From NCBI GenBank assembly GCA_038231455.1, contig JBBRLI010000042.1, positions 1 to 12,926 on the forward strand: a stretch of 12,926 bases of DNA, read 5' to 3'. Below the pieces are notes generated by a model. That model was not told the origin of the DNA. It saw nothing but the letters and a program-made list of their open reading frames with translations, and ran no database searches. This document shows, piece by piece, positions 1 to 7,457 of this stretch (position 1 is its first letter; every line of letters starts with the position of its first letter). A program made the translations under genes and the position numbers. Source of the stretch: Vulcanimicrobiales bacterium (lineage in GTDB: Bacteria > Vulcanimicrobiota > Vulcanimicrobiia > Vulcanimicrobiales > Vulcanimicrobiaceae).

Positions 1-1160
1 GTCGAATGGCTGTAGAGATCCATCGTGATCGAGACCGTACTGTGGCCGAGCATCTCCTGAACGATCTTCGGATGAACGCCCTGCGAGAGCAACATCGTCG
101 CGCACGTGTGGCGCAGCGAGTGGAACGTGATCTGAGCCGGTAGCTTCGCCCGGGGCGCGGCTCCGACTTCGGCAGATGCCTTGCGTCCCGCCCTTGTCGA
201 TGCTCGTTGCCGCTGCGGCTGCGGGACAACGCCGGCGCGGCGCGCGACCTCACGGAAACCGTCGGTTACCCGATGAGGAGCCCACGCCGAGCCATCGTCA
301 GCGGCGAAGACATATGCCGAACCAGCGACGCCGCCGATGCCGCGCGTATCAGCTTCGGACAAGCGCAGTCGTCGAAGCGTGTCGATCGCACCCGCGGTCA
401 ACGCGATCACTCGCGCCTTTCCGCTCTTCGGCGTCTTCTCGAACACGCCGCGTTTCGTTTGCTCGAGCGATCGGCGGATGGCAACCGTGCCGCGCTGCAG
501 GTCAACGTCATCCCATTTCATGCCGAGCAGCTCGCCGCGGCGCGCACCGGTCGCAAGTGCGATCGCGATCAGCGGCGAGAAGCGCGTGCCTGCGGCTGCG
601 GTGAAGACTCGCTCGATCTCTTCGGTCGTGAGGAACCGCATCTCGCGTCGCGCTGCCTTCGGCTTGTCAGCGATCGCGGCGACGTTCTGCCGCACGCGGC
701 CCTCGCGCAACGCCTGAGCGAGAACGCGATGCAGCAAACGGTGATGGTGGATGACCGTCTGCCCGCTCAATCCGCTCCCGCGCCACTGTGCGTAGGCTTT
801 GCTCAGCTGCGAAGCCGATAGGCGTTGCAGCGTGACGTCACCCAGTTTCGGGATGACATGCACGCGCGCGATGCCCTCGAATCGTTCCCACGTCTTGCCG
901 GCAAACGTGCTTTTCGAAGCGATCAGCCAGTCTGCGAGGTATTGGCCGAGCGTCGTGCGATCCGGCGCGACGAACGAACCGTTGCCGATCGCGGCGAGTT
1001 CCGCGATCAGCGCCTTCTCGGCGTCTTTCTTGTTCCCGATGAACGAGAAGCGGCGTTGTCGGCGGATGCCGTCGGCTCCGCGTGGCAGCGGCAGAATCGC
1101 TGTCCACACGTCTTTGCCGTTCTTCTCGCTCCGTTTCTTGAGCCTGGAGTCGGTCTTCAT
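1..1160 (-). CDS. int: Tyrosine recombinase/integrase (3' end runs off the window)
   Basis: Manual translation from ATG at 1160: MKTDSRLKKRSEKNGKDVWTAIL...TLGQYLADWL (core-binding domain)...LATGARRGELLGMKWDDVDL (catalytic R)...KTPKSG...TFHSLRHTCATMLLSQGVHPKIVQEMLGHSTVSITMDLYSHS (HxxR, H, Y). Absent from the ORF track because its stop codon is outside the window. Confidence 0.97.
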   Translation of the reverse strand, partial: MKTDSRLKKRSEKNGKDVWTAILPLPRGADGIRRQRRFSFIGNKKDAEKALIAELAAIGNGSFVAPDRTTLGQYLADWLIASKSTFAGKTWERFEGIARVHVIPKLGDVTLQRLSASQLSKAYAQWRGSGLSGQTVIHHHRLLHRVLAQALREGRVRQNVAAIADKPKAARREMRFLTTEEIERVFTAAAGTRFSPLIAIALATGARRGELLGMKWDDVDLQRGTVAIRRSLEQTKRGVFEKTPKSGKARVIALTAGAIDTLRRLRLSEADTRGIGGVAGSAYVFAADDGSAWAPHRVTDGFREVARRAGVVPQPQRQRASTRAGRKASAEVGAAPRAKLPAQITFHSLRHTCATMLLSQGVHPKIVQEMLGHSTVSITMDLYSHS

Positions 1161-1894
1161 GGTCTCGGTCTCCTTGCCGTCGGTAACGGCTGCTTGCTCG
1201 TTGGATGGGCCTCCATAATTTGGGTCACGAGCTGCTGCGCGCTGCGGCGCTTATTTGCGAGGAATAGATCGAAATCGTCGGCCCATGCGTTGACGTACTC
1301 GCTCGCTACTGCGCGGCGAATGTCGGGGGCGATCTCGGGATCTTCGAGCGCGATCGCCGCACGCTCAAGAAGCGGCGCGAGATGGTCGGTAAGCGCGTCG
1401 ATTTCGTCCCGGTCCTTTGGCGCAAAATCGGCATCGATGAATTTTGCGAGAACTTGATGGTCGAGTTCGTGGTTTGAGAAAGGCTTAACCGGCGCGACGT
1501 CACGCCGCGGAAATGCCTGGAACGCGAAGTCGATGACCATCTCCCGCATCTCTCCTCGCGCCTCTTCGTCACCGTGGTTCTCATCGGTCCCGACGAAGCC
1601 AAACAGCTGCACGACGCCGAGGATCTCTCGAAAGTAACCCGCTCGCAGAAATGCGGTCGGCCACGGCGCGCCGATGACACGCGATAAATTCGCCAGCACA
1701 ACCGCAGTTGGAATCTGCGCACCTTCGGTCGCGATGTATCGATTAAGGCGCGTCGTTTGATCATCGTTAAGCGCCTCGCGGGCGATCGCTGATTTCGATT
1801 TGCCTGCGGCGACAGCACGCTCGACGTACGAGCGCAGCCATTCGGTAAAACGGACCTTCTCTTTGGCAGTCAGGAGCGAGCCGGTGCGAGGCAT
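1157..1894 (-). CDS. Putative element repressor: N-terminal XRE/cI-like HTH plus uncharacterised C-terminal domain
   Basis: KSKSAIAREAL...TTRLNRYI...IPTAVVLANLSRVIGAPWPTAFLRAGY fits an XRE-type HTH. Divergent from the xis genes, with an ATGA overlap into the integrase. Confidence 0.75.
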   Translation of the reverse strand: MPRTGSLLTAKEKVRFTEWLRSYVERAVAAGKSKSAIAREALNDDQTTRLNRYIATEGAQIPTAVVLANLSRVIGAPWPTAFLRAGYFREILGVVQLFGFVGTDENHGDEEARGEMREMVIDFAFQAFPRRDVAPVKPFSNHELDHQVLAKFIDADFAPKDRDEIDALTDHLAPLLERAAIALEDPEIAPDIRRAVASEYVNAWADDFDLFLANKRRSAQQLVTQIMEAHPTSKQPLPTARRPRP

Positions 1895-1932
1895 ACCTAC
1901 CCGCGGGACACGACGACGATACTCATTGACAC

Positions 1933-1961
1933 AGTATAGAGCCCTTACGCGATAACGTCAA
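1933..1961 (-). promoter_or_regulatory. Sigma70-type promoter for the repressor-integrase operon
   Basis: Minus strand TTGACG (1961-1956), 17 bp spacer, TATACT (1938-1933), 38 nt upstream of the repressor ATG. Confidence 0.8.
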
Positions 1962-1973
1962 GTGGCGTATTGT
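1945..1973 (+). promoter_or_regulatory. Candidate rightward promoter for the xis/replication operon
   Basis: TTACGC (1945-1950), 17 bp spacer, TATTGT (1968-1973), overlapping the leftward -35. A TTGACA at 1926-1931 lacks a well-spaced -10. Confidence 0.45.
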
Positions 1974-2016
1974 TGCGTTAAATGAGCGCCTCACACGTTT
2001 CTTGGCGAGGATACTA

Positions 2017-2208
2017 ATGAACTCAGATAATACCGCTCTCGAGCCTCCCCTGCTTTCGAAAACGCCGGATGCCGCGCGCTTTCTAAGGTGCAGCGAGCCG
2101 ACGGTCCGCGAGTTGATTCGGAGCAAACGTCTCGCGGCTGTCAAAGTTGGGCGCGGGTATCGCATTTCTCGCGAGGCTCTTCTCGCTTTTGTGGGCGGTG
2201 CGAAATGA
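2017..2208 (+). CDS. Excisionase-family (HTH_17/MerR-like) DNA-binding protein 1
   Basis: LLSKTPDAARFLRCSEPTVRELIRSKRLAAVKVGRGYRISREALLAFV. GAGG RBS before ATG 2017. Confidence 0.9.
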   Translation: MNSDNTALEPPLLSKTPDAARFLRCSEPTVRELIRSKRLAAVKVGRGYRISREALLAFVGGAK

Positions 2209-2426
2209 CTGGCGAGCGCGCAGCATACGAGCGAGATCGCCTGCTATCGATCGACGAAGCTTCCAGCCGACTTGGCATTGGCCGCACGAAGATGAATGAA
2301 TTACTTCTTCGAGGCGAAGTCGCAAGCTGCAAAATCGGGGCGCGGCGCCAGGTTAGCTCAGCATCACTCGACGCCTTTGTTGCTCGCGCGTTCGCACGGA
2401 GCGAAGCCGAGCGCGCCAACGCATGA
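2205..2426 (+). CDS. Excisionase-family (HTH_17) DNA-binding protein 2
   Basis: RLLSIDEASSRLGIGRTKMNELLLRGEVASCKIGARRQVSSASLDAFV. ATGA overlap at 2205-2208. Confidence 0.9.
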   Translation: MTGERAAYERDRLLSIDEASSRLGIGRTKMNELLLRGEVASCKIGARRQVSSASLDAFVARAFARSEAERANA

Positions 2427-2508
2427 CGGCCGCGGTCTCTTCAAAGACTACGGCCGTCGCTTCCACCAGATTCTTCCGCGGGAGCAATCCGCGAAGGAGA
2501 TCCATTCG

Positions 2509-2646
2509 GTGTTTTCCAGCTACCTCGGTTCGCTTCGTCGCTTCGCTGTCCATTGCGCGATGAAAAACGGATGCCACACTTGCGCCAATTTCGCCAACTC
2601 GATCAGCCGCAGACAGCTCGAACTCTACCGTGGGTTCCGGCGATGA
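2509..2646 (+). CDS. Small Cys/His-containing protein, 45 aa (alternative start ATG 2560)
   Basis: AAGGAG at 2494-2499 then GTG 2509: MFSSYLGSLRRFAVHCAMKNGCHTCANFANSISRRQLELYRGFRR. Its stop overlaps the next ATG. Confidence 0.45.
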   Translation: MFSSYLGSLRRFAVHCAMKNGCHTCANFANSISRRQLELYRGFRR

Positions 2647-2894
2647 ACGCGTCGATATTCGACAGCACTACGATCGGTGACGTCTTGCGCGCGATCGGCG
2701 TCGAGCCGCCTCTCTCGAATCGTCTCATCGGTTGTCCGCTGCACGAAGACGGAACGCCATCGTTCCGGGCCTTCATGCGTGGCTTCCGCTGCTTTGGATG
2801 CGGCGCGCGCGGAGGGGTCGCGGATTTCATCATCGCTCTTGGCTTCGCGAGCGATCGTGCCGAGGCGGCTCGGTGGGCGGAGTGCCGGCGATGA
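2643..2894 (+). CDS. Stand-alone CHC2 zinc-finger protein (DnaG-type primase zinc-binding domain)
   Basis: GCPLHEDGTPSF...FRCFGCGARGGVADF matches the CHC2 motif. ATGA overlaps at both ends. Confidence 0.9.
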   Translation: MNASIFDSTTIGDVLRAIGVEPPLSNRLIGCPLHEDGTPSFRAFMRGFRCFGCGARGGVADFIIALGFASDRAEAARWAECRR

Positions 2895-4627
2895 AGGCTG
2901 TTGCTCCGGGAATTGCAGCGATCTACGGCTATCCCGATGCCGACGGGAATCCACATTACGAGGTCGTGCGATACGAACCGAAGAGTTTTCGGCAAAGACG
3001 CCCGGACGGGCACGGCGGGCACAGTTGGAGCGTTGCTGGGCTCGAGCGCGTCCCGTACAAGCTCCCCAGTCTTCGAGCGCATATTGAGCACAAGCGCACC
3101 ATCGTCGTTTGCGAAGGCGAAAAAGACGCCGATACTTTGGGTGCCTTGGGCGTCTGTGCGACGACCAACGCGGGTGGCGCGAATTGGCACTGGACTCCGG
3201 AATTCGTTTCGCATTTCCGCGGCGCGAAGCAGATCATCGTCATTCCCGATTGCGACGAAGGCGACGGCTCCGGCGCAACCCAGAAAGGGCGCGAGGCCGC
3301 AGCTGCGCGAGCTGAGATGCTACTTCGGGTTTGCAGCGATGTGCGTGTCGTGGATCTCGAGCCCGATCGTCACGACGGTTACGACGTGACTGACTGGCTC
3401 GCAGACGGACACACGATCGACGATCTCAAAGCGCTAATCAAAAAGACGCCGCTCTTCAAACCGCCGCTTCCATCGCCATTCGGAGCCACGCAGCCGAGAA
3501 GCGCGACGACCGTTGACGTCGTGATGCGCCAACTGGGCGAGATCGAAGCGCAACCTGTGGTCGCCCTTTGGAAGAGCCGCATCTTCGCGGGCGAACCTTT
3601 CGTCTTGGCCGGTCCACCCGGCGTCGGGAAGAGCTTCATCTCCGGCGCGATCGCTGCCGCCGTTTCGCTTGGCGCTGAACTTCCAGGCGGTGGCGACATC
3701 ACCGAGGCCGGCGACGTCATTGTATTAGCGCTCGAAGACGACGCTGGACGAGTGCTGCGACCGAGATACGAAGCGATGGGCGCAGATCTCAATCGCGTGC
3801 ACATCATCGAGGGCGTACGGGTTGGCGAAGCCGCGCGCGTGACGCCATTCGCTCTCGCGCACATCGAGGCGCTCGAGCGCGCGTTAGACCGGGTTCCCGC
3901 AGCGCGGCTCATCATCATCGACCCGATCGCAAGCATGCTCGCAAGCGCTGACACGTTTCGATCAAACGAGGTGCGCGAGATCCTCGATCCGTTTCTCGAT
4001 GCGACGTCTGCCCGCGGCATCGCGGTTTGCATGGTGACGCATACAAACAAGTCGGTAGCAGTCTCGGGTGCGTTCCGTGTCGAGGGCAGCCTGGGCGGAT
4101 TCGTAGGACGAGCTCGATCGGTGCTTGCGGTCGGCATCAACGCTGAGACCGGCCGCCGCGGCGTCGGGCTTCTCAAATCGAATCTCGGTCGACTTGACGT
4201 GCCGGTGATCGGCTACGAGATAGATGCGACCGGACGATTCTTTTGGCTCGGCGAGGACAACACGACGACGGCCGATCAGCTTTTCGAGCAGTCGCAGCCT
4301 GGTCAGGATCGATCAATTGGCGACGAGGCGCGCGACGCGATTCTCGCCGCGCTCGCAGCCGGCGAGAAAACCGCAATCGACCTTCAAAAGATCGTTCGCT
4401 CGCAGGGTCACAAGGATCGAACGATCGCGCGGCAGCGCTCACTTCTCCACAAGGCCGGCGAGATCGCTCGATCCGGCGGCGGAGTTGCCGGCGAAATCCG
4501 TTGGCGTTTGCCCGATTCTTCATTGATCGCCACCGATTTCCATAGAACGCCGAGCATAGATGTTGGCATTCAATGTAATGAGTTGGCATTCAATGGGATT
4601 TCACCGGGGACCGAGGTCTTCGAATGA
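2891..4627 (+). CDS. TOPRIM primase fused to AAA_25/RepA-like (RecA-fold) helicase, with probable C-terminal wHTH
   Basis: TOPRIM: IVVCEGEKDAD, IIVIPDCD, DVTDWL. Walker A GPPGVGKS, Walker B LIIIDP, then VTHTNK and LLKSNLG. Start taken as ATG 2891 (ATGA overlap), not 2732. Confidence 0.93.
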   Translation: MKAVAPGIAAIYGYPDADGNPHYEVVRYEPKSFRQRRPDGHGGHSWSVAGLERVPYKLPSLRAHIEHKRTIVVCEGEKDADTLGALGVCATTNAGGANWHWTPEFVSHFRGAKQIIVIPDCDEGDGSGATQKGREAAAARAEMLLRVCSDVRVVDLEPDRHDGYDVTDWLADGHTIDDLKALIKKTPLFKPPLPSPFGATQPRSATTVDVVMRQLGEIEAQPVVALWKSRIFAGEPFVLAGPPGVGKSFISGAIAAAVSLGAELPGGGDITEAGDVIVLALEDDAGRVLRPRYEAMGADLNRVHIIEGVRVGEAARVTPFALAHIEALERALDRVPAARLIIIDPIASMLASADTFRSNEVREILDPFLDATSARGIAVCMVTHTNKSVAVSGAFRVEGSLGGFVGRARSVLAVGINAETGRRGVGLLKSNLGRLDVPVIGYEIDATGRFFWLGEDNTTTADQLFEQSQPGQDRSIGDEARDAILAALAAGEKTAIDLQKIVRSQGHKDRTIARQRSLLHKAGEIARSGGGVAGEIRWRLPDSSLIATDFHRTPSIDVGIQCNELAFNGISPGTEVFE

Positions 4628-4728
4628 TGCCGACGACCGGTCCATTGAATGCCAAGATTCCCATTGAATGCCAACTCTATGTATGCGGCGTTCTATGGCG
4701 ACCTGTTGGCAATCAGTGGCTTTCAGTG
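4521..4728. repeat. Palindromic iteron array, probable replication origin
   Basis: GTTGGCATTCAATG at 4562-4575 and 4582-4595, inverted copies at 4643-4655 and 4662-4675. Perfect 19-bp inverted repeat 4580-4598/4659-4677. CCATAGAACGCCG 4540-4552 is inverted at 4686-4698. Degenerate copies at 4521, 4707 and 4717. Confidence 0.85.
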
Positions 4729-4733
4729 CAAGT

Positions 4734-5102
4734 ATGACGCCCGCCGAAATCGTCGCGTCGCTGACCGGGGCGGGTTTCCGACTCACCGTTGACGGTGATC
4801 GCCTCCTTGTCTCACCGCGCCCCAACGACGCCGACGCCGCGACGATCCGGAGCGCGAAGCCCGAGATCATGGCGGTGCTGCGCGAGAGCCTGCCCGCAGT
4901 CGCGCATGCGTTCGCAGCGCTGCGTTCGGCCGACCCGACCGAAGTCCGCGCTCGCGGAGTCTGCATCGCTTGCGGCGCGCCCTGGAGTCTGCACGCATCG
5001 CCTGCGGTCGAGACATGGCGCCGGGTGGACGACGCGAACGAGGTCGCGTTGACCGAGGCTCGCGCAATCGTAGCGGCGGCGGCCGCGCGACGGACTCGAT
5101 GA
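4734..5102 (+). CDS. Hypothetical protein with TubC_N-like N-terminus and a CxxC motif
   Basis: IVASLTGAGFRLTVDGDRLLVSP...IRSAKPEIMAVL resembles the TubC N-terminal docking-like domain seen beside phage primases. Also contains CIACGAPW. Confidence 0.7.
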   Translation: MTPAEIVASLTGAGFRLTVDGDRLLVSPRPNDADAATIRSAKPEIMAVLRESLPAVAHAFAALRSADPTEVRARGVCIACGAPWSLHASPAVETWRRVDDANEVALTEARAIVAAAAARRTR

Positions 5103-5698
5103 ACGACGGCAACCCGTGGGAAGCCGCAGCTCACGCATACGCGCTCGGCATCGAACGATCAGCGCGCGAGAAAGAACAACTCGATGCCTGGCTGACAGCG
5201 TTCTCGGCGCGGATGCTCTACGAACTGAGCGACCCGAACAACAGCGCGGATGACGCTCTTCGCCTAGCGCTCGCGCATACGATCGGCGTCCCGCCGGCGA
5301 GCTCGAATCAGCGCCGGCGTTTCGTCGCGCTACTCGTCGAGAGCGGAGTCGTATTCGAGGACGTGGCCGCGTATCTCGCCCCGCGATCGGTAGCGGGCAA
5401 GAGCGCAAGGCCGCCGCTCCCCTGGCCGCCCACGACGCACCGTCTCATCGCCCCAATCCGTCTGCGCGGACAGCGCGTGTTCATCGCCGAGTTCGTTCGT
5501 CACATTCAGGCTGGCGCTTTTCACGACGATGCGATCATGGGGGCGATGCGCGCGGCCTTCCCCCGATCGCGAACGCGTGTGACCGACAAAACGACACGCG
5601 CACGCGGGCAGCGTCACTACGATCGCTATCGCGGCGTCATCGAGGCGCTTCTCGATCCGTTCGTCGACGCGATGGAAGGCGATCTCGGAGACGGATGA
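5099..5698 (+). CDS. Hypothetical protein (199 aa)
   Basis: ATGA overlaps at both ends and protein-like helical composition (MNDGNPWEAAAHAY...). Confidence 0.7.
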   Translation: MNDGNPWEAAAHAYALGIERSAREKEQLDAWLTAFSARMLYELSDPNNSADDALRLALAHTIGVPPASSNQRRRFVALLVESGVVFEDVAAYLAPRSVAGKSARPPLPWPPTTHRLIAPIRLRGQRVFIAEFVRHIQAGAFHDDAIMGAMRAAFPRSRTRVTDKTTRARGQRHYDRYRGVIEALLDPFVDAMEGDLGDG

Positions 5699-6204
5699 CC
5701 GACTGGGTATCCTTGCACGTGCTCGAACAATTCGCGACCGATCCGCGGGACGTTCGATCGCTTGCAGACGTCAAGGCGATCGCTGCCGCCGATCCTGACG
5801 CCGACATCGTCGGGCTGATCAACGCCGCCCTCGCTCGCGGGCGTGCGAGTCGCGGAAACGCCCCGAAGAAAGCTCTCGCGATCCTCGATCTTCTCACGAA
5901 CCTCATGCGCGAAATCGAACGCGGCTCCGGTCTTTCGCGGATGTTCTCGGGAGTGAGTCGAGAGAGTTGCGAGTTCCGGCGTCTCTGGATCATCACGCGC
6001 GTCCCCTGTCCTGATTGCAAGGTCGGACATTTGCGGATCTTGCGCAAAAGATACCGCAGCGGCAAGGTCTATCGGTTTGCGGGCTGCACGCAGTACTACC
6101 CGGCCGGCTGCCGCTTCACGGAGTCCTCGGTGCGCTACGTCGGGCGCAAGGGGCTCGCGATCATCAGCGCCTCCGTCGATGAGAGCGAAGCGGGTGAGCG
6201 ATGA
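5695..6204 (+). CDS. Protein with C-terminal topoisomerase-type C4 zinc ribbon
   Basis: VPCPDCKVGHLRILRKRYRSGKVYRFAGCTQYYPAGCRFT fits CPxC...F(x)GCxxYPxC. GGAG RBS and ATGA overlap. Confidence 0.8.
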   Translation: MTDWVSLHVLEQFATDPRDVRSLADVKAIAAADPDADIVGLINAALARGRASRGNAPKKALAILDLLTNLMREIERGSGLSRMFSGVSRESCEFRRLWIITRVPCPDCKVGHLRILRKRYRSGKVYRFAGCTQYYPAGCRFTESSVRYVGRKGLAIISASVDESEAGER

Positions 6205-6249
6205 GGGCTTGGCCGTTTTTAGCTATACCATATCCAAGCCGTAGCGGGC

Positions 6250-6492
6250 GTGGCCGTACCGTGGCGCGGCGAGCCGTACGCTCTGCGCATGGCGCTTCAA
6301 CACCCCTCCGGGCGCGAGCTCGAGGACGAGACCGCTCGCGCGCGATGTGCGGAATGCCGTCGCCGGATGAACGTGCGTCCGGGAGTGTCCTGGGCGGTCA
6401 ACGCGTTTTCCGAGGGCCGCGATTCGTCGGGCCGCTACGTGTACTACTGCCGACCCTGTACCGAGGCGTTGTACCAGCGCATTCCTCGGTGA
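6250..6492 (+). CDS. Small CxxC...CxxC zinc-finger protein (start uncertain)
   Basis: RCAECRRRM...YYCRPCTEALY. It overlaps an alternative frame at 6201-6536. Confidence 0.55.
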   Translation: MAVPWRGEPYALRMALQHPSGRELEDETARARCAECRRRMNVRPGVSWAVNAFSEGRDSSGRYVYYCRPCTEALYQRIPR

Positions 6493-6539
6493 CGGTCTCC
6501 TTCGGCCGCGCCGTCGTGCCGGGAAAGCTAGAATAAAAC

Positions 6540-7457
6540 ATGCCCCCCACCATCCAAACCTACGACCCGCTCACTGCCGCGTCCGAAGCCGTCGGTTCGT
6601 GGGTCGCAAACAAACGGCAAGCCGCCCTCGACGAGCAGGCCAAAGCGCACGCGGACAAGCTGGACACGCGCGCCGATCAGGACCTTCAGCTGAAGCAGAA
6701 CAAGTATCAGCACGACGTCGATCAGGACGCGACGAACAACGCGCGGCTCCAGGCTGGCCAGGAACTTGCCGCACGAACCGAAGCCGACCGGGCGTTGCAT
6801 CAGGCGCGGGCTGACGCGCTCGCCGAAGCAAAGCAACATGACGTCGAGGTAAAGAGCGATCGCGATTTTGCGATTGCGGTCAAGAAGATTAACGATACTT
6901 ACGCGCTCGAGAAAGCCAAGCTCAAGAACGCGCGAGACATCGCCGAGATCCGCGCGCAGGCGACGCAGGGCGCAGCTTCGATCCGCGCCGCGGCGACCGT
7001 GCAGTCAGCGAACATCCATGCCGGTGCCACGATCGGCGCCGCGCACATCCGCGATGACGGCGCAAACGTGCGCGCGAAGAATCACGACCAGACGCAGCGC
7101 GATCTCTTCACGCAGAAAGACCTTACGACGCAGCGCGGTCAGGATCTGACGTCCGGTGGCCGGCGCGATGCGACGACCGCGTCCAACCAACGAGCGTTGA
7201 TGACCGCGACGCTACGGCTCTCGCTCTCCAAGGGTGCGCCAAAGCAGCCGACAGCCAAAGAAGATCCGAAGTTCGGGCAAGCTCTGAACCTTTTCGTCAA
7301 CGGCACGCCAGCGCAGCGTGACGAATTCCTGAGTCATCCGAATGTGCCAGCGGCAACGCGCACGTATCTGCAGGCGCTCTCGCCAATTCTTACAACCGCG
7401 CCTTCCGCGATCCCGGTCCCGACAACTGGTGACGGCGGCGACGAAGACGAAGAATGA
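6540..7457 (+). CDS. Putative virion DNA-ejection/pilot-like protein
   Basis: Ala/Gln/Asp-rich, helical, Cys-free. Contains AASIRAAATVQSANIHAGATIGAAHI and TTQRGQDLT, motifs I associate with phage pilot/DNA-transfer proteins. Confidence 0.55.
   Translation: MPPTIQTYDPLTAASEAVGSWVANKRQAALDEQAKAHADKLDTRADQDLQLKQNKYQHDVDQDATNNARLQAGQELAARTEADRALHQARADALAEAKQHDVEVKSDRDFAIAVKKINDTYALEKAKLKNARDIAEIRAQATQGAASIRAAATVQSANIHAGATIGAAHIRDDGANVRAKNHDQTQRDLFTQKDLTTQRGQDLTSGGRRDATTASNQRALMTATLRLSLSKGAPKQPTAKEDPKFGQALNLFVNGTPAQRDEFLSHPNVPAATRTYLQALSPILTTAPSAIPVPTTGDGGDEDEE

Noticed and set aside
176-1457. Plus-strand ORFs 176-604, 207-821, 337-717, 799-1218 and 825-1457
   Set aside because: Antisense shadows of the integrase and repressor, with no motifs.
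2732-2890. N-terminal extension of the primase-helicase given in the ORF track
   Set aside because: It overlaps the CHC2 gene in another frame and is Arg/Gly-rich; ATG 2891 with an ATGA overlap is the better start.
4521-4728. Repeats as a CRISPR array or transposon ends
   Set aside because: Units are 12-19 bp in mixed orientation with no spacer-sized unique intervals, and there is no cas or transposase gene.
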